A stretch of 51,073 bases of DNA from a virus (Duplodnaviria > Caudoviricetes): positions 1 to 51,073 of IMG/VR virus record IMGVR_UViG_3300037293_000449; one strand, written 5' to 3'. This document shows, one piece after another, positions 27,523 through 37,443 of this stretch. Numbering within the stretch: position 1 is the stretch's first letter; every line of letters begins with the position of its first letter. Both the position numbers and the translations under genes were made by a program. The notes under the pieces were generated by a model. That model was not told the DNA's origin. It saw nothing but the letters and a program-made list of their open reading frames with translations, and made no database searches.

Positions 27523-27582
27523 ACCCCCACTACTGTCCCTTTATTTAAGAAAAAGAAAAGAGAGAGCGATGGTAGTGGGGGT
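27523..27582. other. Candidate origin B: inverted homologue of 2983..3043
   Basis: Perfect 11-bp inverted repeat ACCCCCACTAC/GTAGTGGGGGT around an AT/purine-rich core, in a 140-bp intergenic gap. Confidence 0.45.
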
Positions 27583-27640
27583 AGATCAACACCCGACCAG
27601 GGGCAGTACCACTACTACTATGGCTAAGAGAAACGCTTTT

Positions 27641-28006
27641 ATGAGTTACGCAAGCTATGAAGATTTTAGGAATGAATTCGGAGACGACGATCTGCCTGAC
27701 GACGCCGAGATCAGGGTGGTAAGAGCAATCGACCGCGCATCACGCCTGGCTGATACCTACATTCGCTCGAACGGCATAGCAGTCCCCCTGGTTGATCCAG
27801 TGGCAATTGCGGACGTCCGTGGCCCCGTCCTTGATATAGCTCGATACAACGCTTGGCCAGACACTGATAGTGAGAACCTGCGCAAGCGGTACGAAGACGC
27901 CCTGGCCTTCCTTGAGGGGGTCGCCACCGGCAAGATTCACCTGATCGCTGAGGGCAAGACAACGACCGGCTCGAAGCTCACCAATATCCGCCTTTTCCGG
28001 GCATAA
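27641..28006 (+). CDS. Head-tail connector (Mu gp36 / DUF1320)
   Basis: MSYASYED....FG, ASRLADTYI, DIARY, RKRYEDALAFLEGVATGK. Confidence 0.9.
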   Translation: MSYASYEDFRNEFGDDDLPDDAEIRVVRAIDRASRLADTYIRSNGIAVPLVDPVAIADVRGPVLDIARYNAWPDTDSENLRKRYEDALAFLEGVATGKIHLIAEGKTTTGSKLTNIRLFRA

Positions 28007-28009
28007 GCC

Positions 28010-28483
28010 ATGATCCCCGTCATCGCCAGGGCACTGGCAGCATCGTCAACCGGCGACAGGTCTGTCGAGCTCGTAGCGAACACGAAGCAGCTCCAAGAAC
28101 TCGCTGCAAAAGTGAAGAAGCTCGGGCCAAACAACCCCCACATCCGCGCTGGTCTCCAGGAAGTCGCGGCACTCTGGGAAAACCGGATCAAAGCCAATTT
28201 CAGACGCTCGATCAACCCATACGGCGAAAAATGGGCAGACATCAAACACCGCCAAGGGCAGCCGCTGCTCGACACCGGGATGCTCCGAAACAGTATATCT
28301 GGAGAAGTCAGGGGGCTCAGCATCGTTCTTGGATCACCCCTTGAATACGCAGATACCCATCAGAACGGCATTAGGGTTAAGCAGCGCATGTTCCTGCCGA
28401 GCAAAGAGCGTGGACTGCCGGACAAGTGGAAAAATGAGTACGTGAAAATACTAATAAGAAATGTCGAAAAGGCACTCGCATGA
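28010..28483 (+). CDS. Virion morphogenesis protein (Mu gpG-like)
   Basis: PYGEKWA, LLDTGMLRNSI, YADTHQNG, RMFLP. Confidence 0.85.
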   Translation: MIPVIARALAASSTGDRSVELVANTKQLQELAAKVKKLGPNNPHIRAGLQEVAALWENRIKANFRRSINPYGEKWADIKHRQGQPLLDTGMLRNSISGEVRGLSIVLGSPLEYADTHQNGIRVKQRMFLPSKERGLPDKWKNEYVKILIRNVEKALA

Positions 28484-28926
28484 AAATCTCCGATCACCTA
28501 GAACTAATTAAAACCCAGCTCGAAGCTTTGCCGTCAAAACCAACCATCAAATTCTTCTCAGGCGAACTTGAAGTAGATGATCTCAAGAATCTAAAGCTTG
28601 ATGGCAAACGCCCATACATACTTCTCTCCTGCGGCGGAGGCAACGTCCCTGACAGAAACTCCAGAGTGAAACTAGAGTTAGACGCAATGTTTGGAGCTTG
28701 GGTCATCGGCAAGATAGATCCAACCACCCACGGAATGTCATCTATAGCTGCTGACACCGCTGTAGAGATTGCCAAGATGATTGAGAACTTCCGTGGCGAC
28801 CCTAAAACAAATACAAAGATCCCCGTGTTACAATTAATCAAGGAAGCATTCAACGGTGTTACTGACGGCAAGTCAGACTTTAGCGCCTGGTCAGTTATCT
28901 GGTCGCAACGAATCGCGCTTGTTTGA
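28480..28926 (+). CDS. Putative tail terminator (Mu gp37-like)
   Basis: Size, position before the tail tube gene, C-terminal AWSVIWSQ. Confidence 0.55.
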   Translation: MKISDHLELIKTQLEALPSKPTIKFFSGELEVDDLKNLKLDGKRPYILLSCGGGNVPDRNSRVKLELDAMFGAWVIGKIDPTTHGMSSIAADTAVEIAKMIENFRGDPKTNTKIPVLQLIKEAFNGVTDGKSDFSAWSVIWSQRIALV

Positions 28927-28968
28927 GCTCGAAACAAATACCAACAATAATAAGAATAGGTACAAGAC

Positions 28969-29745
28969 ATGTCTTTAGGATTTAACGCACCAGATACAAC
29001 CATTGGCTGGATCGCGAACGGAGGTTTGCTTATTTCCAAGTTAGATGCAAACGACCAGCCGATTGGTGGCTTCTTCACAGTTGGACAGGCATCCTCTGCA
29101 GTTCTTGCATTAAGCTCGGACAAAGTTGAGATGCCAGATATGGTTTATGGAACTCTCGGCATTGCCAAATCAAAGGTAATCAAGAACTCAGCTGAAGCGA
29201 CCATCAACATGAAGTCGTTTTCCCCAGAGGTCATGGAGCTTGCACTCTTCGGACAGGTTACCGAAGACATTGCTGAGACCGGTGCCACTGCCAAAGCTAA
29301 GGCCTACAGGGGCCGTAGCATTATCGTTAACGGCATCATTGCAGGTGTCACGAGCATCAAGGTTACCGGTGAAGAAGACAACCTGGCGCTCGGTACTGAT
29401 TACGTTGTCTCGAACGGCTCGATCTACTTCCCGGCGACGTCTAGCATTGCCGATGGGGATATCGTTGACGTCGTGTACGACAAGGCGGCAGTGCGCAGGA
29501 TTGAAGGCATGGTGAACACGGGCGTCAACGTGATGATCGTTTTCGACGGTGTGAACCTGGCTGAGAGTGACACCCCTGTGAAAGTCACTTATCACAAGGT
29601 TGCGCTGTCACCGGCAGCTCAGCGTCAGCTCTTGTCCAGTGACTACGCTGACCAGGAGATCAAGGGCACGCTGCAGGTTTCGAAGGCTGTCACTGGCTCG
29701 GGTCTGTCGAAAATGTTCAAGGAAGAGCACGTCGTGGCGGTTTGA
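28969..29745 (+). CDS. Major tail tube protein
   Basis: GTDYVV..GSIYF, DGVNLA...VKVTYHKVALSP; precedes chaperone and tape measure; no sheath gene present. Confidence 0.8.
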   Translation: MSLGFNAPDTTIGWIANGGLLISKLDANDQPIGGFFTVGQASSAVLALSSDKVEMPDMVYGTLGIAKSKVIKNSAEATINMKSFSPEVMELALFGQVTEDIAETGATAKAKAYRGRSIIVNGIIAGVTSIKVTGEEDNLALGTDYVVSNGSIYFPATSSIADGDIVDVVYDKAAVRRIEGMVNTGVNVMIVFDGVNLAESDTPVKVTYHKVALSPAAQRQLLSSDYADQEIKGTLQVSKAVTGSGLSKMFKEEHVVAV

Positions 29746-29755
29746 TGGTGAAACA

Positions 29756-29780
29756 AGAGGGGCCAAGGTGGCCCCTTTTT
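29756..29780. terminator. Bidirectional intrinsic terminator
   Basis: AGGGGCCA-AGG-TGGCCCCT-TTTT. Confidence 0.75.
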
Positions 29781-31035
29781 AACTGGCAAACCGAGAATCT
29801 TTTTCACGCTGCTCCTGGTATTCCCTAATCAATTCATTGAGATTTGGGAAGGTAAACCGAGGAGATCTGTTCTTGAAGCTCGCTACAATACGAAGGTGGA
29901 ATCGACATGCTGTCTCTTTATCTTCGAGTTCAATCGAGAAATCGACGGAAGCGTCAGCGTCGTTGTGCTTGAAAGGGGTCTTCGAAATATAAGAGCACTC
30001 CAGCAGTCCAATAAATTCCTGGGCGCCAAAATAATCGTCAAACTTTATGTCGCACTCTCTGTGCTCCGAATCTACTTCGTAGACTGGATCGTCGGGAAGG
30101 TGGATAGACATGTCAGATATTTTACGCATGACTACAAACTCTTTTATCATAGGGACGTAAGAGTCTGCGGCAGGCTTAGTCAAGAGCTCATGGCAGTTTC
30201 CGTGATTCATGTATTCCATCAAAGCAAACATGCAGCAATTGTTTGGAATGCATAGATAGTCTGAGAACATTTGAAGATCCAATGCCATACTGCTTGCGAT
30301 GTCTCTGCCCAGTTCCTCAATGCTGATGATTTTCATGAGATCTTCTAGATTGCGACTTGTGAATGCATGAATTAGACGAAAGATCGTCAGCTCCCTATGC
30401 AGTCTCAAATTCTTCATCATCTTTTCGCGCTTGAGTTCATCGAGGAATAGCCTGACCTTTTTATGGTCTTCACGAACACTTGGGGGTAGTTTAATTTCCG
30501 CTGAATTAATTCCGACAATCGTTTGGATTTTTTTAATTGACCAGCCTATAGCTTTGGCTATTACCATCAAGGAGCTGAGCGCAATATTACTAAATGCGAT
30601 GACTCTTTTTGCCCATGCCTCGGAGGTATACGTTCGCATGGTGATGGCAAGCTCTACGGCTTTCCTCGTGCTCTCCGCTTGAGCAGGCGTGAATTTGTTA
30701 TCGAGCTCAAGAACGTCTTCGTAGTAAAGCTCGCTCTGGCCATTTCTAGAAAGCGGAAGGTCAACATAGGCGCTATATTTGTGAAAAGCCGCTTTATCGG
30801 AAAAGTAAGAATGCAAGCTTTGTTCTAGGCCGAGCGCGCCTAGTCTGAAATTAAAGTATAAGACTTCATCAATGTGCTTTTCGTCTCCTGTTCCTTGAAA
30901 TGCGAGACGGTCATTAACAGACTTCATAGTTGTGAAGCCTATCTTGTAGAACTTGCCCAAGGGCGTGTTTAACCTCACGTAGTATAGGTGCCCGATGTTC
31001 CCCGTAGCTCCTGGCACACCTCGATTGTCTGACAT
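29779..31035 (-). CDS. Protein with N-terminal GIY-YIG/T5orf172-like domain
   Basis: GHLYYVR...YKIGFTT...VNDRL...LEQSLH; AT-rich moron. Confidence 0.6.
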   Translation of the reverse strand: MSDNRGVPGATGNIGHLYYVRLNTPLGKFYKIGFTTMKSVNDRLAFQGTGDEKHIDEVLYFNFRLGALGLEQSLHSYFSDKAAFHKYSAYVDLPLSRNGQSELYYEDVLELDNKFTPAQAESTRKAVELAITMRTYTSEAWAKRVIAFSNIALSSLMVIAKAIGWSIKKIQTIVGINSAEIKLPPSVREDHKKVRLFLDELKREKMMKNLRLHRELTIFRLIHAFTSRNLEDLMKIISIEELGRDIASSMALDLQMFSDYLCIPNNCCMFALMEYMNHGNCHELLTKPAADSYVPMIKEFVVMRKISDMSIHLPDDPVYEVDSEHRECDIKFDDYFGAQEFIGLLECSYISKTPFKHNDADASVDFSIELEDKETACRFHLRIVASFKNRSPRFTFPNLNELIREYQEQREKDSRFAS

Positions 31036-31056
31036 CTCAAGCTTCCATGATTAGTA

Positions 31057-31659
31057 TTAGATTTCCCAGCGCTGCCCATCATGATCGATGGTGATCACTT
31101 GGCAATTAGAGATGGAATTTTTCAGGTCATAAGCGCGGAACGCCCGCATGGTTTCCGAGTCAATCCGCACGGGAGACTCTACTACCAGCCATCGCACAGC
31201 CTGGATAAATTGACCGTGACCAAACACAGCAACAGTGCCAGTCATCCCGTGCAGCCTCCGCAACGATTCCCTAGCCCGCTGGATCAAACCAGCAAAAGAC
31301 TCAGTACCGGGCCCATCGACAAAATCCGGATCTGCAGACACCCAGTAGCTATCTACCCACGGTTTTCGCTCCGCAGCTGTAGTGTTAGCGCACCTGCCAG
31401 GAGATAAGTAGGTGAACTCCTCAACCGCCCAGGCCTCAACCGGCACGCCAGGAAAGCGCTGAATGGTAGGCTGAGCTGTATCCTGAGCCCGTTCAAAAGG
31501 AGACGTCACGATCAGACTCGGGGCCTGGTCGAACGAATTGGCAACAGCCCGAGCCTGAGCCCAGCCTTTCTCAGTCAGCGGAATCAGCGCCGGGTCGGAC
31601 GTAGCATTGCCAGCGTTCGCAGCACTCTCACCATGCCTCACAAAATGAACTGTCAGCAT
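31057..31659 (-). CDS. Histidine phosphatase family protein
   Basis: VRHGES.AN, LTEKG..QA, SPFERAQDTA, GHG. Confidence 0.9.
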   Translation of the reverse strand: MLTVHFVRHGESAANAGNATSDPALIPLTEKGWAQARAVANSFDQAPSLIVTSPFERAQDTAQPTIQRFPGVPVEAWAVEEFTYLSPGRCANTTAAERKPWVDSYWVSADPDFVDGPGTESFAGLIQRARESLRRLHGMTGTVAVFGHGQFIQAVRWLVVESPVRIDSETMRAFRAYDLKNSISNCQVITIDHDGQRWEI

Positions 31660-31997
31660 ACGACCGGCTCCAGCTCGCCCTTGGCCGCAGCCTCGGCAAT
31701 CTTGAACAACTGGTCAGTCAGCCGATGCACATGCTCCGCACCAACCTGCATCAGCATGTTCTCCATGGCTTCCTTAACCTCTGTGTCATCGCGCTTGTGC
31801 TCTAAAGCAAAAGAAATACAGTTGAACACGCAGTCCAGAACATCAAATCGATAACCATCCTGGACATCGGAATCTAGCAAGTAATCCATTGCAACTTCCG
31901 AAGGCATGTCATACCCGCTAACTTGCAGCACAGCAATACTTTGACGGCAAACATAATCATCACGCTCTACAAGCGTTAATTCCGAAATCTTTTGCAT
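31653..31997 (-). CDS. Hypothetical protein
   Basis: 114-aa ORF overlapping the phosphatase start. Confidence 0.6.
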   Translation of the reverse strand: MQKISELTLVERDDYVCRQSIAVLQVSGYDMPSEVAMDYLLDSDVQDGYRFDVLDCVFNCISFALEHKRDDTEVKEAMENMLMQVGAEHVHRLTDQLFKIAEAAAKGELEPVVC

Positions 31998-32107
31998 CCC
32001 TGGCCTCGTGCCGGTTTGAGCTCAAAGCATTCTTGTCCGTAGGCCCATCCGTGTCAATTGAAATGATATGATAGGCGTATAAAAATAATAATAAGAAAGG
32101 CCTTCAA

Positions 32108-32515
32108 ATGTCTCTGCTCGACCTTGTTGTTCCATTTAAGAAAGTTGTCATTACTCAGGCCTCCGAAGACAAACCTGAAGTTTCTTTCGATGTGTATGGA
32201 TTAACCACTGAGGACTTTGTCCGCTTGGTGGATAGCCACGGCAAAATCCTAGGCGCTATCTTCTTGCAGAATGCCAAAGAAGATCTCAAGGATACCGACA
32301 ACTCGAAGGGCATCATGCTTCAGTTTCCTGGCTTTGGTGCTGCGTGTATCGCTCTTGGCTGTAAAGAACCTGATGCTGCTGCACACGTACAAAACCTTCC
32401 CCTGATGACCCAAGTTGAACTGCTTGCTGCAGTTTTCTCGCTTACTTTTCCTGACGGTCTAAAAAAAAGTCTGATAAAACTCGGGCCGACAATCGTACAG
32501 CTGCTGAAAAAGTAA
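32108..32515 (+). CDS. Tail assembly chaperone (gpG-like)
   Basis: Position between tube and tape measure; LPLMTQVELL...LTFPDGLKK. Confidence 0.8.
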   Translation: MSLLDLVVPFKKVVITQASEDKPEVSFDVYGLTTEDFVRLVDSHGKILGAIFLQNAKEDLKDTDNSKGIMLQFPGFGAACIALGCKEPDAAAHVQNLPLMTQVELLAAVFSLTFPDGLKKSLIKLGPTIVQLLKK

Positions 32516-32820
32516 AAGACTTTGAAGCAGAGAGGAAACGCAAAGAGAGCGCTGAGGATGGTGACGAGTTAGATAAGTTCGTAGGCGTCCTCGTTTCTAA
32601 CTGTGAATTCCTGATCTCCAAGGGACATAACACCCCAAATCTTAACCCATACAAATACTCAATCAGAAAGCTGTTCAGTGTTGCTGTAGTTCAAAAAGAA
32701 CTTAGCCGCGAGCAGCTATTCGCAAAAATGTATGGTGACCACCTGAGCCGAATATCTTGCGTCACGGGGGATTCGAAACCCTTTAATGATCTGATAATGA
32801 AAATTGCCGGAGAGCAATAA
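32108..32820 (+). CDS. gpGT-like chaperone made by -1 frameshift at A AAA AAA (32461..32467)
   Basis: A8 run; the -1 frame stays open from 32461 to TAA 32818..32820, 2 nt before the tape measure ATG. Confidence 0.85.
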
Positions 32821-32822
32821 GC

Positions 32823-35597
32823 ATGGCTAGTAATGCTGTAATCAATTTAGTCCTTAAAGCTAAGGACGAAGCATCCAACATACTCACAAGTTCTTTCAGT
32901 AAAATTACGGCACTGGCTGCTAGCGTCGGCCTGGCATTCAAGTTTCATGATGCCATTGAGCAAATGACTGAGTTGGACTTTGCTGCGAAGCGCTTGGGCG
33001 TAACTATGCAAGATCTAACTGCTGCGCAGTACGCGGCATTTAACGGGGCGAACGTCAAACCTGATCAGTTTCTGGATGCTTTGGACGAAGTCCGTATAAA
33101 AGTTGAGGAATTCAGTTCCATCGGCTCTGGCGGCGCAGTCGACTTCTTTGAAGTCCTGAATATATCTGCTGAGAAGTTTAACAAACTCAATCCGTTGCAG
33201 CAGTTGGACAAAATATCTGAAACGATCAAAGGGATGTCTGATAACTCAGCCTTCACTTTCCTAGATCAAATTGGATCTGACTCCCTGCGCAACCTTCTTC
33301 CAGTTCTACGTAATGGTGGAGCTGAGTTCAAAAGGCTTCGCGCCGAGGCTGAGCGTCTAAACCTGACTCTATCTGATGTCGACACGATTTCAGTCGCCCA
33401 ACTTGGTAAATCCTTTTCGCAGCTCGAAAAAGTGGGTAGTACGGCTTTCAGCAAAATCGTCGCAGATATCGCTCCTGAGCTGACAGCCCTGACAGAGATG
33501 GTGACTGAAGCCATCGTTGGCATATCGAAAGACACGAAGGCTCCAGTTAAAGATATAGGGCAGACATTCCTTGATGTTTTTTCTGGTGTTGTCGCAAGCC
33601 TGAATTTTACTGTCCAAGTTAAAAATGCGTTCGTTGTCGCCTACAGCGCTATGAAAGAAGTTGTCTTATCTTTCGCTACGTTCAACCTCAAGCAATTCCA
33701 GTTCCTCGACTCGATCTATACAAAAAGTGCCAACGGTCTCGTCAACATCTTTAGGGCGGCATTCGCAAAGAATCTGGAGTTCCTCAACTCCACATTCATT
33801 GAGCCGATGAAGCAGTTCGCCAACACGTTCAACCTCGATGCAGCTGCCGGTCAGATCTCGAAATTCCAGGGTGTTCTTTCCGGGCTCCAGGAATCGTCAA
33901 GCAAACCCATCCAAGTTGCGACAGAAAACAAAAGCATTGGCGAGACTATCAAGCAGCTTCAGGTTCTCAAAGACGAAGCGCATAAGTCTGGCTTAGAAAA
34001 CTTCAAGGTGTGGAATGACGGCGATTATCAGAAACAAACCGAAGAAACGATGGCGAAAATCAAGGCGAAGGTTCTTGAGAATGAAGACAAAACAAATGCT
34101 GAGTTAGCGAGACGAAAGGACAAGTCCGACCAGGACAAAATCGTAAAACTTCAAACCAAAAACGCCGCTGCATCAGCTCAAATCGCCGCAACACAGGCTC
34201 AGCTCCAGGCCGACCTCGCTAAGAAAGAAATCGACATCACGATCTCGAAGATCGACACGAAAAAACAGGTGGAACTGTCTGGCCTGCAGGAGCGTGCGCG
34301 CCTCGAAAACCTTTCAGCCGTACAGATCGCGGACGAAAAATTCAGAATCGAAATGGAGGCTGCAAAGAAGCTAAGCGAGCAGAAAAAGCGTTCTCTCGAA
34401 GTCGACATCAAAGCCCTGCAGGGCAGTCTCGCAGGCCAACAAAAGCTCCTTGGCGCGACTCAGAACCTCAATGACCGTCCTGGCATCCTCGCAACGATCA
34501 ACCAGCTCGAAGCAGACATAACTTCCAAAAAAGCAGATCAGGCAACGATTGGCGCAGAGCTCGTCAACCAGTCGGCGCTGCTGAAAGCCGACCGTGTCGC
34601 CCAGGTTGGTCAAATAAAAGAGCAGTTAGCTCAGATCAAAGCTGACGCGCAAATCGAGCTGCTCGCAATTGGCGGCAATCAATTCAGCGCTGACATCAAA
34701 AAGATCGAGTCGGATTTCAAGGACACAATTAAGAACATGGAGTCATTGGGCGACGACTCCACGGCAATCCAGAAGCTCATCTCCGCGAAGAAAGCTCAGG
34801 CAGAGATGCAAGAGATCGAGCGCCAGTACGCCAGTTTGAAGTCAAAGCTGGAGAAGCATCAGATCTCGCCACTTGACTACCTCGATCAAGCCAACAAGTT
34901 GGAAGAGCGCGGTACGAAGGCTGCTGAAGTCACTGGCAACCCCGCAGACTTGGATAAAGTGAAGAAGTCTGCGCAAGACGCCAGGGCTGAGGTTTTTGAT
35001 CTGCAGACGCTGACGGACAACGTTTCGAGCAGTCTGCAGGGTGGGCTTGAGGGGCTCTTCACGGACTTTATCTCTGGCACGAAATCAGCCAAGGAAGCGT
35101 TTGCGGACTTCGCACAGGGCGTCCTTAGCGAAGTGGCGAAAATCATTGCGAAGCTGCTCATCCAGCTTGCCATCCAGTCGATGCTTTCGGCGTATACGGG
35201 TGGTGCCAGTGCCGGTGCGGGTGGCCTGATGAGCATGGTTGGTGCCGGGGTTAAGCACGGTGGCGGTGGGATCGGTGATGCTGGTCGTTCAAGGAATGTG
35301 CCGTGGAGTTTTTTCCAGGACGCCCCTCGTTACCACACTGGCGGAATTATGGGCCTGAAGCCCAATGAAGTTCCGATCATCGCGGAAAAAGGTGAGGAAA
35401 TGCTTACGGCAAGTGATCCACGTCATCGCAATAACATCGGCAAGGGAAACAAGGGGCAGTCCGATCAAGTTACGCGAGTCACCGTTAACAACATGATTGA
35501 TGCCCCGTCTATCGCAAGTGCTTTGGAAGGGCCTGATGGAGATAGAGTATTCATGAATTTCATCAGAGCCAACAGAAACGAAATAAAGAACATGTGA
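32823..35597 (+). CDS. Tail tape measure protein
   Basis: 924 aa helical; SAKEAFADFA, APRYHTGG, EVPIIAEKGE. Confidence 0.92.
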   Translation: MASNAVINLVLKAKDEASNILTSSFSKITALAASVGLAFKFHDAIEQMTELDFAAKRLGVTMQDLTAAQYAAFNGANVKPDQFLDALDEVRIKVEEFSSIGSGGAVDFFEVLNISAEKFNKLNPLQQLDKISETIKGMSDNSAFTFLDQIGSDSLRNLLPVLRNGGAEFKRLRAEAERLNLTLSDVDTISVAQLGKSFSQLEKVGSTAFSKIVADIAPELTALTEMVTEAIVGISKDTKAPVKDIGQTFLDVFSGVVASLNFTVQVKNAFVVAYSAMKEVVLSFATFNLKQFQFLDSIYTKSANGLVNIFRAAFAKNLEFLNSTFIEPMKQFANTFNLDAAAGQISKFQGVLSGLQESSSKPIQVATENKSIGETIKQLQVLKDEAHKSGLENFKVWNDGDYQKQTEETMAKIKAKVLENEDKTNAELARRKDKSDQDKIVKLQTKNAAASAQIAATQAQLQADLAKKEIDITISKIDTKKQVELSGLQERARLENLSAVQIADEKFRIEMEAAKKLSEQKKRSLEVDIKALQGSLAGQQKLLGATQNLNDRPGILATINQLEADITSKKADQATIGAELVNQSALLKADRVAQVGQIKEQLAQIKADAQIELLAIGGNQFSADIKKIESDFKDTIKNMESLGDDSTAIQKLISAKKAQAEMQEIERQYASLKSKLEKHQISPLDYLDQANKLEERGTKAAEVTGNPADLDKVKKSAQDARAEVFDLQTLTDNVSSSLQGGLEGLFTDFISGTKSAKEAFADFAQGVLSEVAKIIAKLLIQLAIQSMLSAYTGGASAGAGGLMSMVGAGVKHGGGGIGDAGRSRNVPWSFFQDAPRYHTGGIMGLKPNEVPIIAEKGEEMLTASDPRHRNNIGKGNKGQSDQVTRVTVNNMIDAPSIASALEGPDGDRVFMNFIRANRNEIKNM

Positions 35598-35632
35598 TAA
35601 TATATAACTACTGACTAATAAGAATAAAAACA

Positions 35633-36505
35633 ATGACAGTAGCTATCCAAACTTACGCCAGCGGTGCTGAGTGGCTCTCATCTTTATGTGCTGATATTTT
35701 GCCGTCAAACAACTGGACGGTAGTTCGAGATACCTCTTTTGAGAAGGTATTTGGGCTTCCGGGTGATCAGGGGTTTGTTGCGTTTGTGATCAGCGCTGGG
35801 ATTGTAGAGGTTCAAGCATTCCCAGTTTTCGATCCTGATCAACCTGTTGCTGCCCATGCTGGTGGGTTTAGCTATGCGTACTCGCCGTTCCTGCCGCGCT
35901 TTGTGCTGCCTGGTGGGTCGGTAAAGGTCTGGACGCTGGTGAATTCTCGGCGCTTGTGCGGAGTTATCAAATCGGGGGCATCGTACTATTCGTTCTATGC
36001 AGGACTGATCCTGCCGTTCGGCTCTAACAAGGTGTATTCGTTTCCGTGCTTCATCGGTGGATCTGGGGAGCCCGGGGGGGCGAAAGAATCCGCATATCCT
36101 TTCATGTCTGGTGGTAATCAGTTCTCGCCGAAAGTCTGCTTGCCGACTGGCGCATGGCAAATCGTTGGTGGGAATTCTGGAGGATCTTCTTCATTTACTA
36201 ATGAATTTCCATACTCGTATTCGTACTCTTTCATTCATCCGTTTGATGGGAAATACCACAAGCTGCGGTCGAAGATCGATGGCGGCGCTGTCGTGTATCC
36301 GTCTCTGATTGTTAGCTCCGGTCGATCTTCGGATACGGATGCTCAGAATGCCGATGATGGGGCGTGGCTCGGGTACTTGGACGGTGTGTTTGCTATCCCT
36401 CAGGGGCGCTCGGCTGAGTCTGTAATTTCGGTCGATGGGTTGGATTACCTGGTGGTGCCTAACGTCAGCAAGTCCTCTGAGACATACGGGTTGAGGTTGG
36501 CATGA
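35633..36505 (+). CDS. Minor tail / virion structural protein
   Basis: Follows tape measure; GYLDGVF motif recalls D3112/M6-type tail proteins. Confidence 0.65.
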   Translation: MTVAIQTYASGAEWLSSLCADILPSNNWTVVRDTSFEKVFGLPGDQGFVAFVISAGIVEVQAFPVFDPDQPVAAHAGGFSYAYSPFLPRFVLPGGSVKVWTLVNSRRLCGVIKSGASYYSFYAGLILPFGSNKVYSFPCFIGGSGEPGGAKESAYPFMSGGNQFSPKVCLPTGAWQIVGGNSGGSSSFTNEFPYSYSYSFIHPFDGKYHKLRSKIDGGAVVYPSLIVSSGRSSDTDAQNADDGAWLGYLDGVFAIPQGRSAESVISVDGLDYLVVPNVSKSSETYGLRLA

Positions 36506-37443
36506 AGCACTACTCGACACGCTATACCTCAGCAGATGACCTGGTCGCAGTGATCAAGCAGCGCCTTGAAATTGAAGGTTGGGCGGTGAACCGCTACGGC
36601 GGGTTTGATGATCCTCGCATTGGTATCCAGTTGATGATTTCTCGCGGGGGTGCGTTCTTCTGTTTGCGTAGCTTCGGGGAGTCGAGCCCTTACGTCGATT
36701 ACTACGCGGCTAGCTCAATTGGTCAGCACGGGGTGATCGTCTCTGCCGCGAGCGGCTACAGCGACAGTGCAGGCTTCATCAGTCAACCGGGTTTTCAGTC
36801 TTCTCCCAAGTGCTGCGTCGAATCTGGCGAAAGCGCAGGCACGTGTCATTTCTTCATAAGCGGTGATTTGGTTATGTTCGTGACTGAGCGCGCAGGTGGG
36901 CTGTATTCGTGCTTGTCATTCGGAATGTTGCCGGTGCTATCTCCGGGCTCGGGCGGTCAGTTTGTGACGTCGACAGAGAGCTACTTGAGCAGCCAAAAAC
37001 AACCACTCTTTGCAAATGCATACGCGACCTTCGGCGTTCGTCTTGCTCACTCTGAATGGACGGGCTGGGACGTTGGGGGTCGCACGTGGGGGCCGCTGAG
37101 GCCAAGTAGCCAAGGAGCTTTAATCGGCGTGCCGCACTTTCATCAAAACGGGACTGAGTACGGAAACATCGGGGCTGTGTCGCGAGCGAAGGGGCTGGTC
37201 GGCGGCATTGACGGACTTATCCCAATCACCCTATTCACGGAGTACAGCGGTGGGTTTTCTCCGTATGCAGAACTGCCTGAAATTTTCCTGGTGCCGATGG
37301 ATGCCCTGGAGCCTGGTGCCACTTACGAGCTCGGGGCTCATCGTTTTTTGATCTTCCCTCAGTACGTCAAAGCGTTCCCGACTGATCGCAATTACCCGCA
37401 TTTCAATCTCGGCATCGCAGTGCTGCTGGAGCCCAACGTATGA
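36502..37443 (+). CDS. Minor tail / virion structural protein
   Basis: Translationally coupled (ATGA) within the tail operon. Confidence 0.65.
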   Translation: MKHYSTRYTSADDLVAVIKQRLEIEGWAVNRYGGFDDPRIGIQLMISRGGAFFCLRSFGESSPYVDYYAASSIGQHGVIVSAASGYSDSAGFISQPGFQSSPKCCVESGESAGTCHFFISGDLVMFVTERAGGLYSCLSFGMLPVLSPGSGGQFVTSTESYLSSQKQPLFANAYATFGVRLAHSEWTGWDVGGRTWGPLRPSSQGALIGVPHFHQNGTEYGNIGAVSRAKGLVGGIDGLIPITLFTEYSGGFSPYAELPEIFLVPMDALEPGATYELGAHRFLIFPQYVKAFPTDRNYPHFNLGIAVLLEPNV

